Source of the DNA: Octopus vulgaris
Taxonomy: Eukaryota
Assembly (NCBI GenBank): GCA_951406725.2
Contig: OX597832.1
Location: 21,700,001-21,764,000 of the forward strand
DNA length: 64,000 bases
Direction of reading: 5' to 3'
Shown one piece after another: positions 40,380-53,391 of the stretch. The first letter of the stretch is position 1. Every line of letters starts with the position of its first letter. The translations under genes and the position numbers were made by a program. The notes under the pieces are model-generated. The model saw nothing but the letters and a program-made list of their open reading frames with translations, ran no database searches and was not told where the DNA came from.

Positions 40380-41797
40380 GTAAATTTAATTAAGTTCTAC
40401 CATATTTGATGGCACCTGGAAAATGCCAAGAGATATTAGGCTTGATGCATATTCAGGTGCAAATAATATTCAGTGCATAGAAGTATGTAATATTTAACTT
40501 GTTAGCCTTCATCATCATCATCATCATCATCATCGTTTAACGTCCGTTTTCTGTGCTAGCATGGGTTGGATGGTTTGACTGAGGTCTGGCGAATCAGATG
40601 GCTGCACCAGGCCCAGTCTGATCTGGCAGTGTTTCTACAGCTGGATGCCCTTCCTAACGCCAACCACTCCGTGAGTGTAGTGGGTGCTTTTTACGTTCCA
40701 CCGGCACAGGTGCCAGACGAGTCTGGCAACGACCACGAACGGATGGTGCTTTTTATGTGCCACCGGCACGAGGCCAGTCGGGGCGGCGCTGGCAACGGCC
40801 ACGTTTGGATGGTTCTCTTATGTGCCACTGGCACTAGTATCACAGCTGCAATTTCCATTGATGTTGATCGATTTCGATTCTCACTTGCCTCAACAGGTCT
40901 TCACAAGTAGAGTTTTGTGTCCCAAGAAGGAAAGGTATGCATAAGTGGGCTGGCTACATCCCGTGTAGGGGCCATGGGTTATGGTCTCACTTGTCCTGCC
41001 GGGTCTTCTCACGCACAGCATACTTCCAAAGGTCTCATCATCAACATCATCGTTTAACATCCGCTTTCCATGCTAGCATGGAATATTTTGAGGGAGATTT
41101 AGCTGTTGCTTTGCAGCCATTTCAGTGGCTTCATAGAGGCTCCCTCATTTGCTCATGGATATATTCATTTACTGTTATTGTTGCTTAAATACCAGTTCAG
41201 CACAAATAGTGCATTCCATCTGTGACCATTCCATCATTTTGCCTCTTTAATTATTTTTGGTTAATTTTTTGTGGGGGGGAGGTTTAGTAACTATTTACAA
41301 ACTGGAGTCTGGTGCAGCTTACCAACTCTGGTCAAACCGTCCGTGGGATGGGCTACTCGACCTGAAGAAAATTCTAACTGGGCCCCACCTGCAAGGTCAT
41401 GTGTTGTTTATCTTGATATGAGATCTGTTTTTTTTTTTTTTGTTACCCGTGCGGGCCAACAAATCTTGATATGAGATCACCATGTCACGCACATATGGTT
41501 GTAATGCATGTGCCTGGTGTAACCCTTATCAGACGGGTAGTCATGACGGGTATACTGGGCTTCGTATATTTTACCCCAGTGTCGCTTTCATGGCATGCAC
41601 TGCTCTCGATTGAACCATGGACAACAAATGTTAAACGATGATGATGATGATGATGTACCGAAGGCAGTTTAATCAACCAGTACCCTGCAAGGCAGTACTC
41701 CAGCATAAATCACTGAGCAATTACGAATACAATTAAAATAACAGTATTTATTTCTTGTTTGTAATAACGTCTACAGGAGTGGCTGTGTAGTAAGTAG

Positions 41798-42636
41798 AAA
41801 AAAAAGAGAAACGGAGCGTCGCCGGCGGATTGCTACACGCAGACGGCGGTTCCCGAGTATCCCGGGTCCTCTCAGGCGGGTATGCCGCCTGAGGGACAAT
41901 TCGTGGAAGATTTTGTGCTCCTCTTTTTTAAAGAAAAAAAGGTGGAAAGCACCATAAGAAAAGTGAGAAAGAGAGGACGTTGGGAGGTACTCCGGTCCTG
42001 TACGGAGAACCCCGAATGGCCTTCGCAGTTGGCTGCGGGGGTCGTGGGAAGGGCTGATCTACACAGGATCGTGAATTCCTGCCCGGCGGACTCCTTCGAA
42101 ATTATACCTCTGGACACCGACCTGACCAGCGAGTATTGCCTCAATGAGGCAAGAGCACTGGTCGGCCGGGTCACATAGGCTGTGTAACATCTTTGTAACA
42201 TGTGGAAGAGGAGGTTTATTGCCTCCTCCAAAATTTGTAAAATTTGTAATTGAATGTTAATTTAAACATTTTTGTAACATGTTGAAGAGGAGGTTTATTG
42301 CCTCCTCTAAAATTTGTAAAGTGAATATCATGTGAACATTTTGTAACATTTTGAAGAGGAGGTTTATTGCCTCCTCTAAAATTTGTAAAGTGAATATCAT
42401 GTGAACATTTTGTAACATTTTGAAGAGGAGGTTTATTGCCTCCTCTAAAATTTGTAAATTGTAAACCATTGTATTAAATGTAATTATTGAACATTGTTTT
42501 AGAGAAGCGAGAGTCGGCGGGCGCTTTTTAACTTCTCCCATCACCATCTTCATCCACCACCACCATCATCCATTAATGTCCTTGTCCAGCCCGTAGCTAC
42601 TCTGTGTGCTGCCCTAGTGGCAAAATTGTTGAAATA
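41798..42636 (+). mobile_element. 5'-truncated retroposed insertion inside a SINE: ORF C-terminus plus four stem-loop repeats
   Basis: The SINE is split at AAGTAG, which is duplicated at 41792-41797 and 42637-42642. The frame is open from the left edge to TAG at 42178. Four 69-79-bp repeats follow. Confidence 0.65.
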
Positions 42637-43850
42637 AAGTAGCTTGCTAACCAACCACATGGTTCCGGGTTCAGCAAGTGTCTTCTGCTATAGCCCCGGG
42701 CTGACCAATGCCTTGTGAGTGGATTTGGTAGACGGAAGCTGAAAGAAGCCTGTCGTATATATGTATATATATATATATATATGTATGTGTGTCTGTGTTT
42801 GTCCCCCTAGCATTGCTTGACAACCGATGCTGGTGTGTTTACGTCCCCGTGACTTAGCGGTTCGGCAAAAGAGACCGATAGAATAAGTACTGGGCTTACA
42901 AAGAATAAGTCCCGGGGTCGATTTGCTCGACTAAAGGCGGTGCTCCAGCATGGCCGCAGTCAAATGACTGAAACAAATAAAAGAGTAAAAGAGAGTTGTC
43001 TCCCTTAATTGTTCTTTTTTTTTTAACCCTAGGTCACCCCTAAGCAAGCATTCCTGTTTAAAGGTGTTCAAACTATAACCGTCTTTAAATTCATTTGTTT
43101 TTAACGGTAGGTTGTAATTTATGGGAGGTTTGGCTGCTGTTTTTAGCAGGTTGTGTTTCCATGTAGTGATTGATTCCTTCTTTCGATCGGATTCGTTCGT
43201 TGTTGTTCTTGTTGTTGTTGTCTCCATTGCATCTTTCATAAACGGAGTCCAAGTTGTGACCACCCTTCGTTTGCAGAATCGCTTGCATGCCGGACTAAAA
43301 AGCTGTTTGGCATTTCGTCCGTCTTTATGTTCTGAGTTCGAATTCCACTGAGGCCGACTTTTGCCTTTCATCCTGTCAGGGCCGATAAAATAAGTACCAG
43401 CCGAATACTGGGGGAGTCGATTACATCGACTCCCCCAAAAATTCCAAGCCTTATTGTTGTTGTTGTTGGTGTTTTGCTCCTTGACAACCGTAAGTGAGCA
43501 AGACTTAATCAAAGACGCTCCAAGTCGTGGCCAGCCCTCATTGGCTCGGGTATACGTTGTGTAGTTTCACGTCAGCTTCGATCGAGCTGGTCTCTAATCA
43601 AATGCGTTCCAGCCGTAACCATCCCTCGTTGACATGGGTTTATTATTGTTGTTTCGATCTAGGTGAATTTCAATCGAACCAGCCTATGTTAAAATACGTT
43701 CCAACCGTCATTGACTCGGGTTTATTATTATTGTTGTTTTGCTCACGTCAGAATCGATCGAGTAGACCTTTTATCAGAAGCGTTCCAACCGTGACCCTCT
43801 CTCAGTTGCTCAACGTTATCTATATTCATTTATTTATTTATTCTTAAAGT

Positions 43851-44977
43851 GGCAAGCTGGCAGAAACGTTAGCACGCCGGGCGGGATACTTAGCGGTATT
43901 TCGTCTGCCGCTACGTTCTGAGTTCAAATTCCGCCGAGGTCGACTTTGCCTTTCATCCTTTCGGGGTCGATAAATTAAGTAGCAGTTACGCACTGGGGTC
44001 GATGTAATCGACTTGACCCGTTTGTCTGTCCTTGTTTGTCCCCTCTGTGTTTAGCCCCTTGTGGGTAGTAAAGAAATAGGTATTTCGTCTGCCGCTACGT
44101 TCTGAGTTCAAATTCCGCCGAGGTTGACTTTGCCTTTCATCCTTTGGGAGTCGATTAAATAAGTACCAGTTACGCACTGGGGTCGATATAATCGACTTAA
44201 TCCGTTTGTCTGTCCTTGTTTGTCCTCTTTGTGTTTAGCCCCCTGTGGGTAGTAAAGAAATAGGTATTTCGTCTGCCGCTTTACGTTCTGAGTTCAAATT
44301 CCGCCGAGGTTGACTTTGCCTTTCATCCTTAGGGAGTCGATTAAATAAGTACCAGTTACGCACTGGGGTCGATATAATCGACTTAATCCGTTTGTCTGTC
44401 CTTGTTTGTCCACTCTAAGTTTAGCCCCTTGTGGGTAGTAAAGAAATAGGTATTTCGTCTGCCGCTACGTTCTGAGTTCAAATTCCGCCGAGGTCGACTT
44501 TGCCTTTCATCCTTTCGGGGTCGATTAAATAAGTACCCGTTACGCACCGGGGTCAATATAATCGACTTAATCCGTTTGTCTGTCCTTGTTTGTCCCCTCT
44601 GTGTTTAGCCCCTTGTGGGTAGTAAAGAAATAGGTAATTCGTCTGACGTTACGTTCTGAGTTCAAATTCCGCCGAGGTCGACTTTGCCTTTCATCCTTTC
44701 GGGGTCGATAAAGTAAGTACCAGTTACGCACTGGGGTCGATATAATCGACTTAATCCGTTTGTCCTCTCTGTGTTTAGCCCCTTGTAGGTAGTAAAGAAA
44801 TAGGTATTTCGTCTGTCTTTACATTCTGAGTTCAAATTCCGCCGAGATCGACTTTGCTCTTCATCCTTTCGGGATCGATAAATTAAGTACCAGTTGCGTA
44901 CTGGGGTCGATCTAATCGACTGCTCCCCTCGCCTCCCCAAAAATCTCGGACCTTGTGCCTAGAATAGAAAAGAATAT
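43851..44977 (+). mobile_element. Head-to-tail array of about 6 Meta/MESC-like SINE units (other copies at about 5013, 6475-7090, 11374-11605 minus, 15680-16097 minus, 18099-18482, 22716-22956 minus, 37095-37475, 51468-51690 minus)
   Basis: GGCGAGCTGGCAGAAACGTTAG head, B-box GAGTTCAAATTCC and central GCCTTTCATCCTTTCGGGGTCGATAAA..AGTACC. Period about 170-187 bp. Confidence 0.85.
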
Positions 44978-45485
44978 TTGTCCTCGCTGCATCGACAGCT
45001 TCAGTATGCTAAAGAGTTGCCTCCCTTATCCCCCTTCAGCTGTTTATTTTGTATCCAAGTAGGGAAGACGGGAATTGGGTGATGGCCAATTTCTTACATC
45101 AACAAAAGAAACGCAGTAGATAAAATTGGTGAACTGAAATAACTTCATCGTCATCGTCATCATCATTATCATGCTCCGATGTGGTGTAACAACCAATCCC
45201 CCAGCCGGTCGGGATTCTCAGTGCTGGTTGTACTATTCATCCTTTCCAACGCTGAATACGAAACGTGACTCATGAGACGTGATTTTTTCTCTGAGTCACC
45301 GTCTCACCCGTGTAAGTCAATCCCCCCTCGCAAGATTACTCATTCACGGTAGCGAGGACTGAAGCGGCATTATATGTAGTGTTTTGCCTCATGGTTAGAG
45401 TGTTGTTCTCACGATCGCTAGGTCATGGTTTCGATTCCTAGAGATATGTTAGTGATTCATAAGATTTCAAAACAGTAGAACAATC

Positions 45486-45903
45486 GGATCTTTTCGGTTT
45501 GAACGGCAGTTTTTTTCTAGCGGTGTCATATATGAAATTATCACCCATAATTATGACCCTAGTATCGATCTATTGCATTTCAATCTGTTTTAGGGTTAGG
45601 GGTGGGAGGAAGGGTATCTTTTTTTTCTTCAGAAATGTAAATAAACCCAATCTGTTTCCTAAACGAGGGACATATTCATACGGCACAGAATGTTTTCCAC
45701 CTCAATAGACAGTCATTGATTGGCTGAAATTGCAGAAATTGAAGAAAAAAAACCAACAAATATCTTAGAAACTATAGAATTTTCTCAATAAAGCCAAGAG
45801 AAAAAGATGTTTTATAAACACATTCTGCCAGTATACGAAGTTTAAAAGTGTTTAGTTATGTGGAAATTATTTTTAAAAACTGCAGTTCAAACCGAAAAGA
45901 TCC
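45486..45903. mobile_element. Same GG-ended MITE family, copy 2
   Basis: Same TIRs and interior as 5824-6251, with a perfect 8-bp TSD GAACAATC at 45478-45485 and 45904-45911. Confidence 0.85.
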
Positions 45904-46026
45904 GAACAATCCATGAACACAATGGGAACACACTTAGGCTCCAGGGGTGTTTACAAGTTAATTCAACCCAACCTGGAGCCTATCATTTAAGTACTTGATT
46001 CTCTCCTAAATCCCTTAATATTGTAT

Positions 46027-46061
<35 letters not shown>

Positions 46062-46973
46062 AATTTATGTGAATATCAGTTTCAGACCTTTTTTCCAGAG
46101 ATGCAATTAAACACACATTCAAACTTCCATACAGTCATCATCGTTCATCATATAACGTCCGCTTTCCATGCTAGCATGGGTTGGATGATTTGACAGATGG
46201 CTGCACCAGGCTCCAATCTGATCTGGCAAAGTTTCTACAGCTGAATGCCCTTCCTAACGCCAACCACTCCGAGAGTGTAGTGGGTGCTTTTACATGTCAC
46301 CGGCATGAGGGCCAGTCAGGCAGTACTGGCAATGGCCGCGCTCAAATGGTGTTTTTTGCGTGCCACCTGGGAGCCAGTCCAAAATGTATTCAGTCTGGCA
46401 ACAGATGAGTATCATTTGAGGAATAGAGAAATCAGAAGTTATACATGAACTAATTCAAGTTGCATGCTCACATAGTGCAGTAATCAGGCTGGCTTGTATA
46501 GCATTCTGTGCTCATTTGAACAATTACTGGTTTGAGCATGGTAATCTATGCATGCCTGTCAAATTACTGCACTGTCTTAACATGAAACTTAAAGTAGCTC
46601 ACGTATAATTCCTGTATTCATTAAATTATATACATACATCACCATCATCATCATAGTTTAATGTTTACTTTCCATTTTGGCATGGTTTGGCCAGTTTGAC
46701 TGAGATCCGACAAGCCAGTGGGCTGCACCAGGCTCCACTCTGATCTGGCAATGTTTCTACAGCTGGATGCCCTTTCTAACACCAACCACACTGAGAGTGT
46801 AGTGGGTGCATTTTATGTGCCACCAGCATAGGAGCCAATCAGGGGGCACTGGCATCAACCATGTTTGGATGGTGCATTTCACATGCCACCAGCACGGGAG
46901 CCAGTCTGGGGGCACTGGCATCGACCATGTAAATATATGTATGCATGCATATGTGTGTATGTGTGTGTATATA

Positions 46974-47018
<45 letters not shown>

Positions 47019-47065
47019 GTCATGATAGATCGGTAGCCACTACACATTTTTTTCTCTCCTTGTTT

Positions 47066-47101
47066 CTTTCTGTGGAAGAGCGTAGGCTCGAAACGTTAAA
47101 G
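47066..47101 (+). ncRNA. Minimal hammerhead-like variant (copies also at 12911-12946 minus and 28223-28258 minus)
   Basis: cttt-CTGT(G/A)GA-a-gagc gtag gctc-GAAA-cg-T(T/A)-aaag. Core position 6 is U instead of A. Confidence 0.4.
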
Positions 47102-48401
47102 ACTTTTTCAATTCCCGAGCATTATAGTAATACATCTGTTTGTTGTCTACACCACCTGTCTTCATCTTTTGTTTTTTTCATTAATTCTTCCTATATATAT
47201 ATGGGTGTGTGTTAAAATATTGCAGTTATTTGAAATCAATTTTTAGAGTAACAACTAAACATTTGTTGGTGGTGTTACTCTGTGTTGATTGTAGAATCAA
47301 ATTCATTGTGAAAATTAAGTTGGTTAGGATAGGGCTTTCTTTCCACAAGTGGACAAATATTATTTCACTTGCTGAACAAGATGATGGGCGAAATTCGAAG
47401 TCCCAGTTAAGTCTGTCTTCACAACAAATTCCTATAATACATATATATATTTATATGTTTATATATATATATATATATATTTTTTTTTACTTGTTTCAGT
47501 CATTTGACTGTGGCCATGCTAGAGCACCGCCTTTAGTCGAACAAATCAACCCCGGGACTTATTCTTCGTAAGCCTAGTACTTATTCTATCGGTCTCTTTT
47601 GCCGAAACGCTAAGTGACGGGGACATAAACACACCAGCATCGGTTGTCAAGCAATGCTAGGGGAACAAACACAGAAACACATATATACATATACATATAT
47701 ATGACAGGCTTCTTTCAGTTTCCGTCTACCAAATCCACTTACAAGGCATTGATCGGCCCGGGGCTATAGCAGAAGACACTTGCCCAAGATGCCACGCAGT
47801 GAGACTGAACCCGGAACCATGTGGTTGGTTAGCAAGCTACTTACCACACAGCCATTCCTGCGCCTATATATATATATATAATATTTTATGTAAAATATAA
47901 TACACACATATGCAGATATATCATCATCATCATCATCATCGTTTAACGTCCGCTTTCCATGCTAGCATGGGTTGGACGGTTTGACGCAGGGCTGGTAAAC
48001 CAGATGGCTGCACCAGGCTCCAGTCTTGATCTGGCAGAGTTTCTACAGCTGGATGCCCTTCCTAACGCCAACCACTCTGAGAGTGTTGTAGGTGCTTTTA
48101 CGTGCCACTGGCATGGAAGCCTGTAAGCCGCTCTGGCAACGACCACACTTAGATGGTGCTTTTAACACCCTACTTGCACGGGGCACAAGTGCCAGTAAGG
48201 CAATCACACTCGAATGGTGCCTTTTATGTGCCACTGGCACGGAAGCCGGTTAGCCGCTCTGTCAACGATCACACTCGGATGGTGCTCGTGCCCGTCATCG
48301 AATTTTACTTAGATTTTGATTTTGATTATATATTATACATATATGTATATATATATATATACTTAGGTGTATTATCTTTTTTTTTTTTTTTTGTATTTTA
48401 G

Positions 48402-48712
48402 CCATTTCAATGATCAAAATGCATCAGCTTGAGAAGGATAATTCCATAACCGATTCGACAAATAAAAAGAAAATTCTAAAGAAACCAACTCTAAAACTAC
48501 CACCTAGAAGCAAGAACACCAATTCCGCCAAAATTCTGAAATGCTATCGATTCAAAGTCAAACAGAATCTTAAGACGTATGCTCACTACAAGGCCCGCAG
48601 TGCACAGCATAAAATAATCAATGAAGCGTTAGCAAACCTCGATCTGGTGGAACATGTCAGGGGTGCCCTTCCTGAATCTTCCGAACCAAATCCAGATCCT
48701 CAACATCCATAG
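48402..48712 (+). CDS. Terminal coding exon 8 (AISMIKMHQLEKD...NKKKILKKPTLKLPPRSK...PDPQHP*)
   Basis: Poly-T plus ttttag acceptor, phase 1 compatible with exon 7. Open to TAG at 48712 and followed by AT-rich, 3'UTR-like sequence. Contains a basic NLS-like cluster. Confidence 0.7.
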
Positions 48713-49405
48713 CCATCCTCCGAAAAAAAAAAATTTTTTTTTTTTTTTTTGCTACCTTTTTTCTATGCAAAGAGGAAAAATAGAAATTTAAAACAAAACA
48801 AACTAAAGCATGTCAAACTGTTCAGTATTAACTTTTAGGGAAAGAAAAAAATTTTCCAACAAATTGTAAATATTGTAAATGAAAACTCTTTTAAGGATAT
48901 TAATCCTATTTCTCTCACAAATGTCAAGTTCCCCATTTTTAAATTTCTAAAAAGAATATTCCATATTATTATTTTTTAAAACAAAAAATATTTTTAATAT
49001 TCGTTTCATTTCATTTGGGGGTTGTATGGTTTCTGGGTTTCTTTTTTATTGCTTTTAATCATGCCAGTATGCTGGGGTTGGATCAGTCTGTAAATTCATA
49101 AATTCACGAAATTTTTTTTTTTTTTTTTTTGTGTAGTTGAATTGGTTTTATTTTTGTTAACATTTTTATGTGCTTACATTGTACGCTCACGTGCTTTTCA
49201 TTGATGAGTAATTAAACCCTATTCGTTTCTGCTTTAATTGAACTATGATATATAGAGATTAAGAGATAGCTAATTAAACACTAATATATTAACGTATCAG
49301 GGCATAGAGATATTAATTACTGGATCTATTTATGAAGGCAGAGAAGTACCTTATTAAATACAAACTTGTAGAGTTATGCACTAATACACAGAGATGACAA
49401 ATTAA

Positions 49406-49862
49406 CCCCTTCGTTACCAACCCAGCTGCAACCAACTCTGGCTCTGAGTACAAATGTTTTGTCTTCAAAAGTTCTGAATTAAAATCTTCTACCGAACCTT
49501 AGTCACAATGTATGTTCCTAACACAACCTTAATGATAACTAAGTTATTTTACTAAATTCTTTGTTATATTTAAAATTAATTGAAAGAAACACAGAGCATC
49601 TCAACAGAGATATGGTAACAAAAGGGTTAAAGTCACCAAGATATTTTCATTACCAACCCAGCTGAAACCACCTCTGGCTCTGAGTACAAATGTCTTGTTT
49701 CCATAAGTTCTGAATTAAAATCTCCCACCAAACTTTAGCCACAATTTATATTCCTAACTCTAGCTGAATGATATCTAATTTATTTTACTAAATTCTTTGT
49801 TATATTTAAAGTAATTGAAAGAAACACAAAACATCTCAAAATAAATAACAGTAGCGAAAGGG
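49406..49862. mobile_element. piggyBac-type MITE (49406-49626) plus an adjacent degenerate copy
   Basis: TTAA|CCCCTTCGTTACCA...TGGTAACAAAAGGG|TTAA. A second similar unit spans about 49645-49862. Confidence 0.75.
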
Positions 49863-52838
49863 TTATTGAGATGAAAAAGAAACTAATTCATAGCTCTGTT
49901 CTCAGGGCACATACGTAGTATGTTGCAGGCCTGCATTTGGGGTCATAAGAGAAAGCTAATTAAGTCCTAATTAGTGGGTTGTTATTTCAAAACAAAGCAT
50001 GATTATCATCATTGTTTAATGCCCGCTTTCTATGCTAGCATGGGTTGGACGATTTGACTGAGGGCTGGCGAGCCAGGTGATTGCCCCAAGTTTCCAATCT
50101 GCAGCCATCTGGTTCACCAGTCCTCAGTCGAATCGTCCAACCCATGCTAGCATGGAAAGCGGGCATTAAATGATGATGATGATGATGATGATGATAATCG
50201 TGCTGTTTTTGGTATACATGCTTCTCGGAGTACAGGTCATTTATCTCATATAATTGTGCTTCACATTGGTCGTGCAACATTCTCTGAATTTCTCCGGGAC
50301 AGGTGGAGGGGAGGGGCCTATCAGTTACGCGAGATGCTCTGCAGCACTATTTTCTTGGCTTTTCTGTCAGAGCTCTGTGTTTATAGGGTTCCCTTTGTAA
50401 CCACATGGTTTCCGGTTCTATCCCACTGTGTGACACCCAGAGCAACTGTCTTCTGCTGTAGTCTTGGGCTGATCACTGCCTTGTCATCAAAGATGGAAAC
50501 TGTACAGAAACCCTGTTGTGCATGCATGCGTGTATGTGTATGAGAGTGTGTGTGCATGTGCGCATGTCCTTGTCATCTCATCATTATCAACTTTTAAAAG
50601 CCATCTTCCATGCTGGCACAGGTGGGTTGGATAGCTTGACGGGACCCAACATGTTAGATAACTGGGTCATACTCTAACGTTTGCCTTTTACATGGTTTCT
50701 ATGGTTGGATGCCCTTCCTAACGCCAACCACTTCACAAAGTGTATCGGGGGCCCTTTTTTTTCTTTTTGTGGCACCAGCAATGGTGAAGTTGCCATCTGG
50801 CCTATATAACTAAGATCCCCATCAATTGAGTGGAGTCACAGTTGAGAGGGAGGTAGCAGTGTTATGCTAGATGGTGAAAGATTAAAGTATGAAGGAAAGG
50901 GGGTAGAACAAGTTTTCTCTGGTGTAGAAGAGATCAAGGGTTACTCAAATTATACAGAAGTGAGTGGGAGTCCTCAGTGTGGAGCTGGAAAGTGAGATAA
51001 AGATCATGTTGACAAGGTACAGTCGCAGAACCCTGGAGGGTGGAAGAGAGAAGCTGGAAATATACAGGTAAAGAATACAGGAAACATAGTTGGTATTGGA
51101 TAAGAGTACAGACCCACCATCAGTCAGGAATGACCATGGGATTGCACCTAGAAAGTTCTCCGAGGCACAAGTCCGGACAAGGTTGTTTTTGGAAGACCAG
51201 CAGTTGCTCATGCATACCAACCTCCCCTCTTCATGCCACCGATGTTATCCAATGGAAAGGCAAAGGCTGATACAGCTTGGCACCAGTGATGTTGCAACAC
51301 ATTTCTACAGCTGAGGGAACTGGAATAATATGAAATTAAGTGTCTTGCTCAAGAACACAACACACAGCCTGGTTCAGGAATTGAACTCACTACTTCATGA
51401 TTGTGAGCACAGCGCTCTAACCACTGTGCTATGCACTTTCACAATTGGTGTTAATGCTTAATATAACTATTTATTTACTACCCAGAAGGGGCTAAACACA
51501 GAGGGGACAAACAAGGACAGACAAACAGATTAAGTCGATTACATCGACCCCAGTGCGTAACTCGTACTTAATTTATCGACTCTGAAAGGATGAAAGGCAA
51601 AGTCGACCTCGGCGGAATTTGAACTCAGAACACAGCGGTGGACAAAAGCATTTCACCCGGTGTGCTAATGTTTCTGCCAGCTCGCCGCCTATAATATACG
51701 TGTATTCTGTGAGATCGGCTGCCAATCCCCATTCATCTATTTTACTCAGCAAAAATTGCAGCCTACGAATTCTGTATTCTAACCTGTCTAATGTTATAAA
51801 GACTGTCTTCTTATGCCAGAGAAAATGGTTGAGTGGGGACCTGATCTTCTGCATCAGTAACTTTGTTAACATGTCGCAGGAGTGGCTGTGTGGTAAGTAG
51901 CTTGCTTACGAACCACATGCTTCCGGGTTCAGTCCCACTGCGTGGCACTTTGGGTAAGTGTCTTCTACTATAGTCTCGCACCAACCAAAGCCTTGTGAGT
52001 GGATTTGGTAGACGGAAACTGAAAGAAGCCCATCGTATATATATATATATGTGTTTGTGTGTCTGTGTTTGCCCCCCAACATTGCTTGACAACCGATGCT
52101 GGTGTGTTTACATCCCTGTAACTTAGTGGTTCGGCAAAAAGAGACCGATAAAATAAGTACTAGGCTTACAAAGAATAAGTCCTGGGGTCGATTTGATCGA
52201 CTAAAGGCGGTGCTCCAGCATGGCCACAGTCACATGACTGAAACAAGTAAAGAAAGAGTAAAAGAGATGTCTTGCCTATTGTAGAACCCTTTGAACTGTA
52301 CCACATGTGTGTGTGCGTGTGTGTGTGAATGTTTAATTTCCATGTGTCATCGCATTGACACTGGTCAAGCCATGGAGATGTTCCATGCATGTCTCCTGTT
52401 AGCGGACACGTCCTACAGCTCATCAGCTTCGACATGCAGTGATCAGTGGAATAGAAAATTAAGTAAGGGTTGGCAACAGGAAGAACATCCTACCACGAAA
52501 TATTGTATCTCAAAGTCTCATCTAACCCATGCCAGCATGAAAAAAATGTTGACATAAAAAAAAAATCAATAACATTTAATGTAATGTGTGTGATGGAAAA
52601 TTCTAGTCAACATTATGCAAGGTTTGCGTATAACCCCAGGGCAGTCCTGATTAAGCAGTATTACAATCTAAAGCATTCTAGTTATGACCTCTCCTTTTCA
52701 TTACACGCAGACTTAAAATATATATATAAATATATATATACATTATTTACATCTATATATATATATATGTATGTATATATATATATATATATATATATAC
52801 TATATATTTAGATCTATATATATATATGTGTGTGTATG

Positions 52839-52872
<34 letters not shown>

Positions 52873-53391
52873 TAATATATATACACACATATATTGTGTG
52901 TGTTGGTGTTTGTCCTTCCACCTTCACTTGACAACTGATGTTGGTGTGTTTACGTACCCATAACTTAGCAGTTTGGTAAAAGAGACAAATAGAATAACTA
53001 CTAGAATTACAAAGAATAAGTCCTGGGAGTCGATTTGTTTGAGTAAAGGTGGTGCTCTAGCATGGCCGCATTCAAAATAACTGAAACAAATAAAAAATAA
53101 AAGTAATACCTATACATTCATATATATATATAATTTTAATACACACATACATCATTAACTCAATTAACAAAATTATAATGATCCATTTTTTAAAATTTTA
53201 TAAGCAACTTTGTTAACAGAAGGTAAGCCATAGTTTTTTTTTATGCCAGTAAATTCTTAAAATTATGGAAAATTAATATATATGTGTATATATATATATG
53301 CACACACACACACACATATACATATATTTGACCAGCCTGAAATACAATATCCATACATACACATATATACATACATATATATATATATATA

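Noticed and set aside
24450-48712. Interpretation as an active Ginger transposon or a Gypsy pol gene
   Set aside because: There are no RT, RNase H or protease motifs, the DDE residues appear substituted, no TIRs or LTRs are evident, and the introns are large and repeat-filled.
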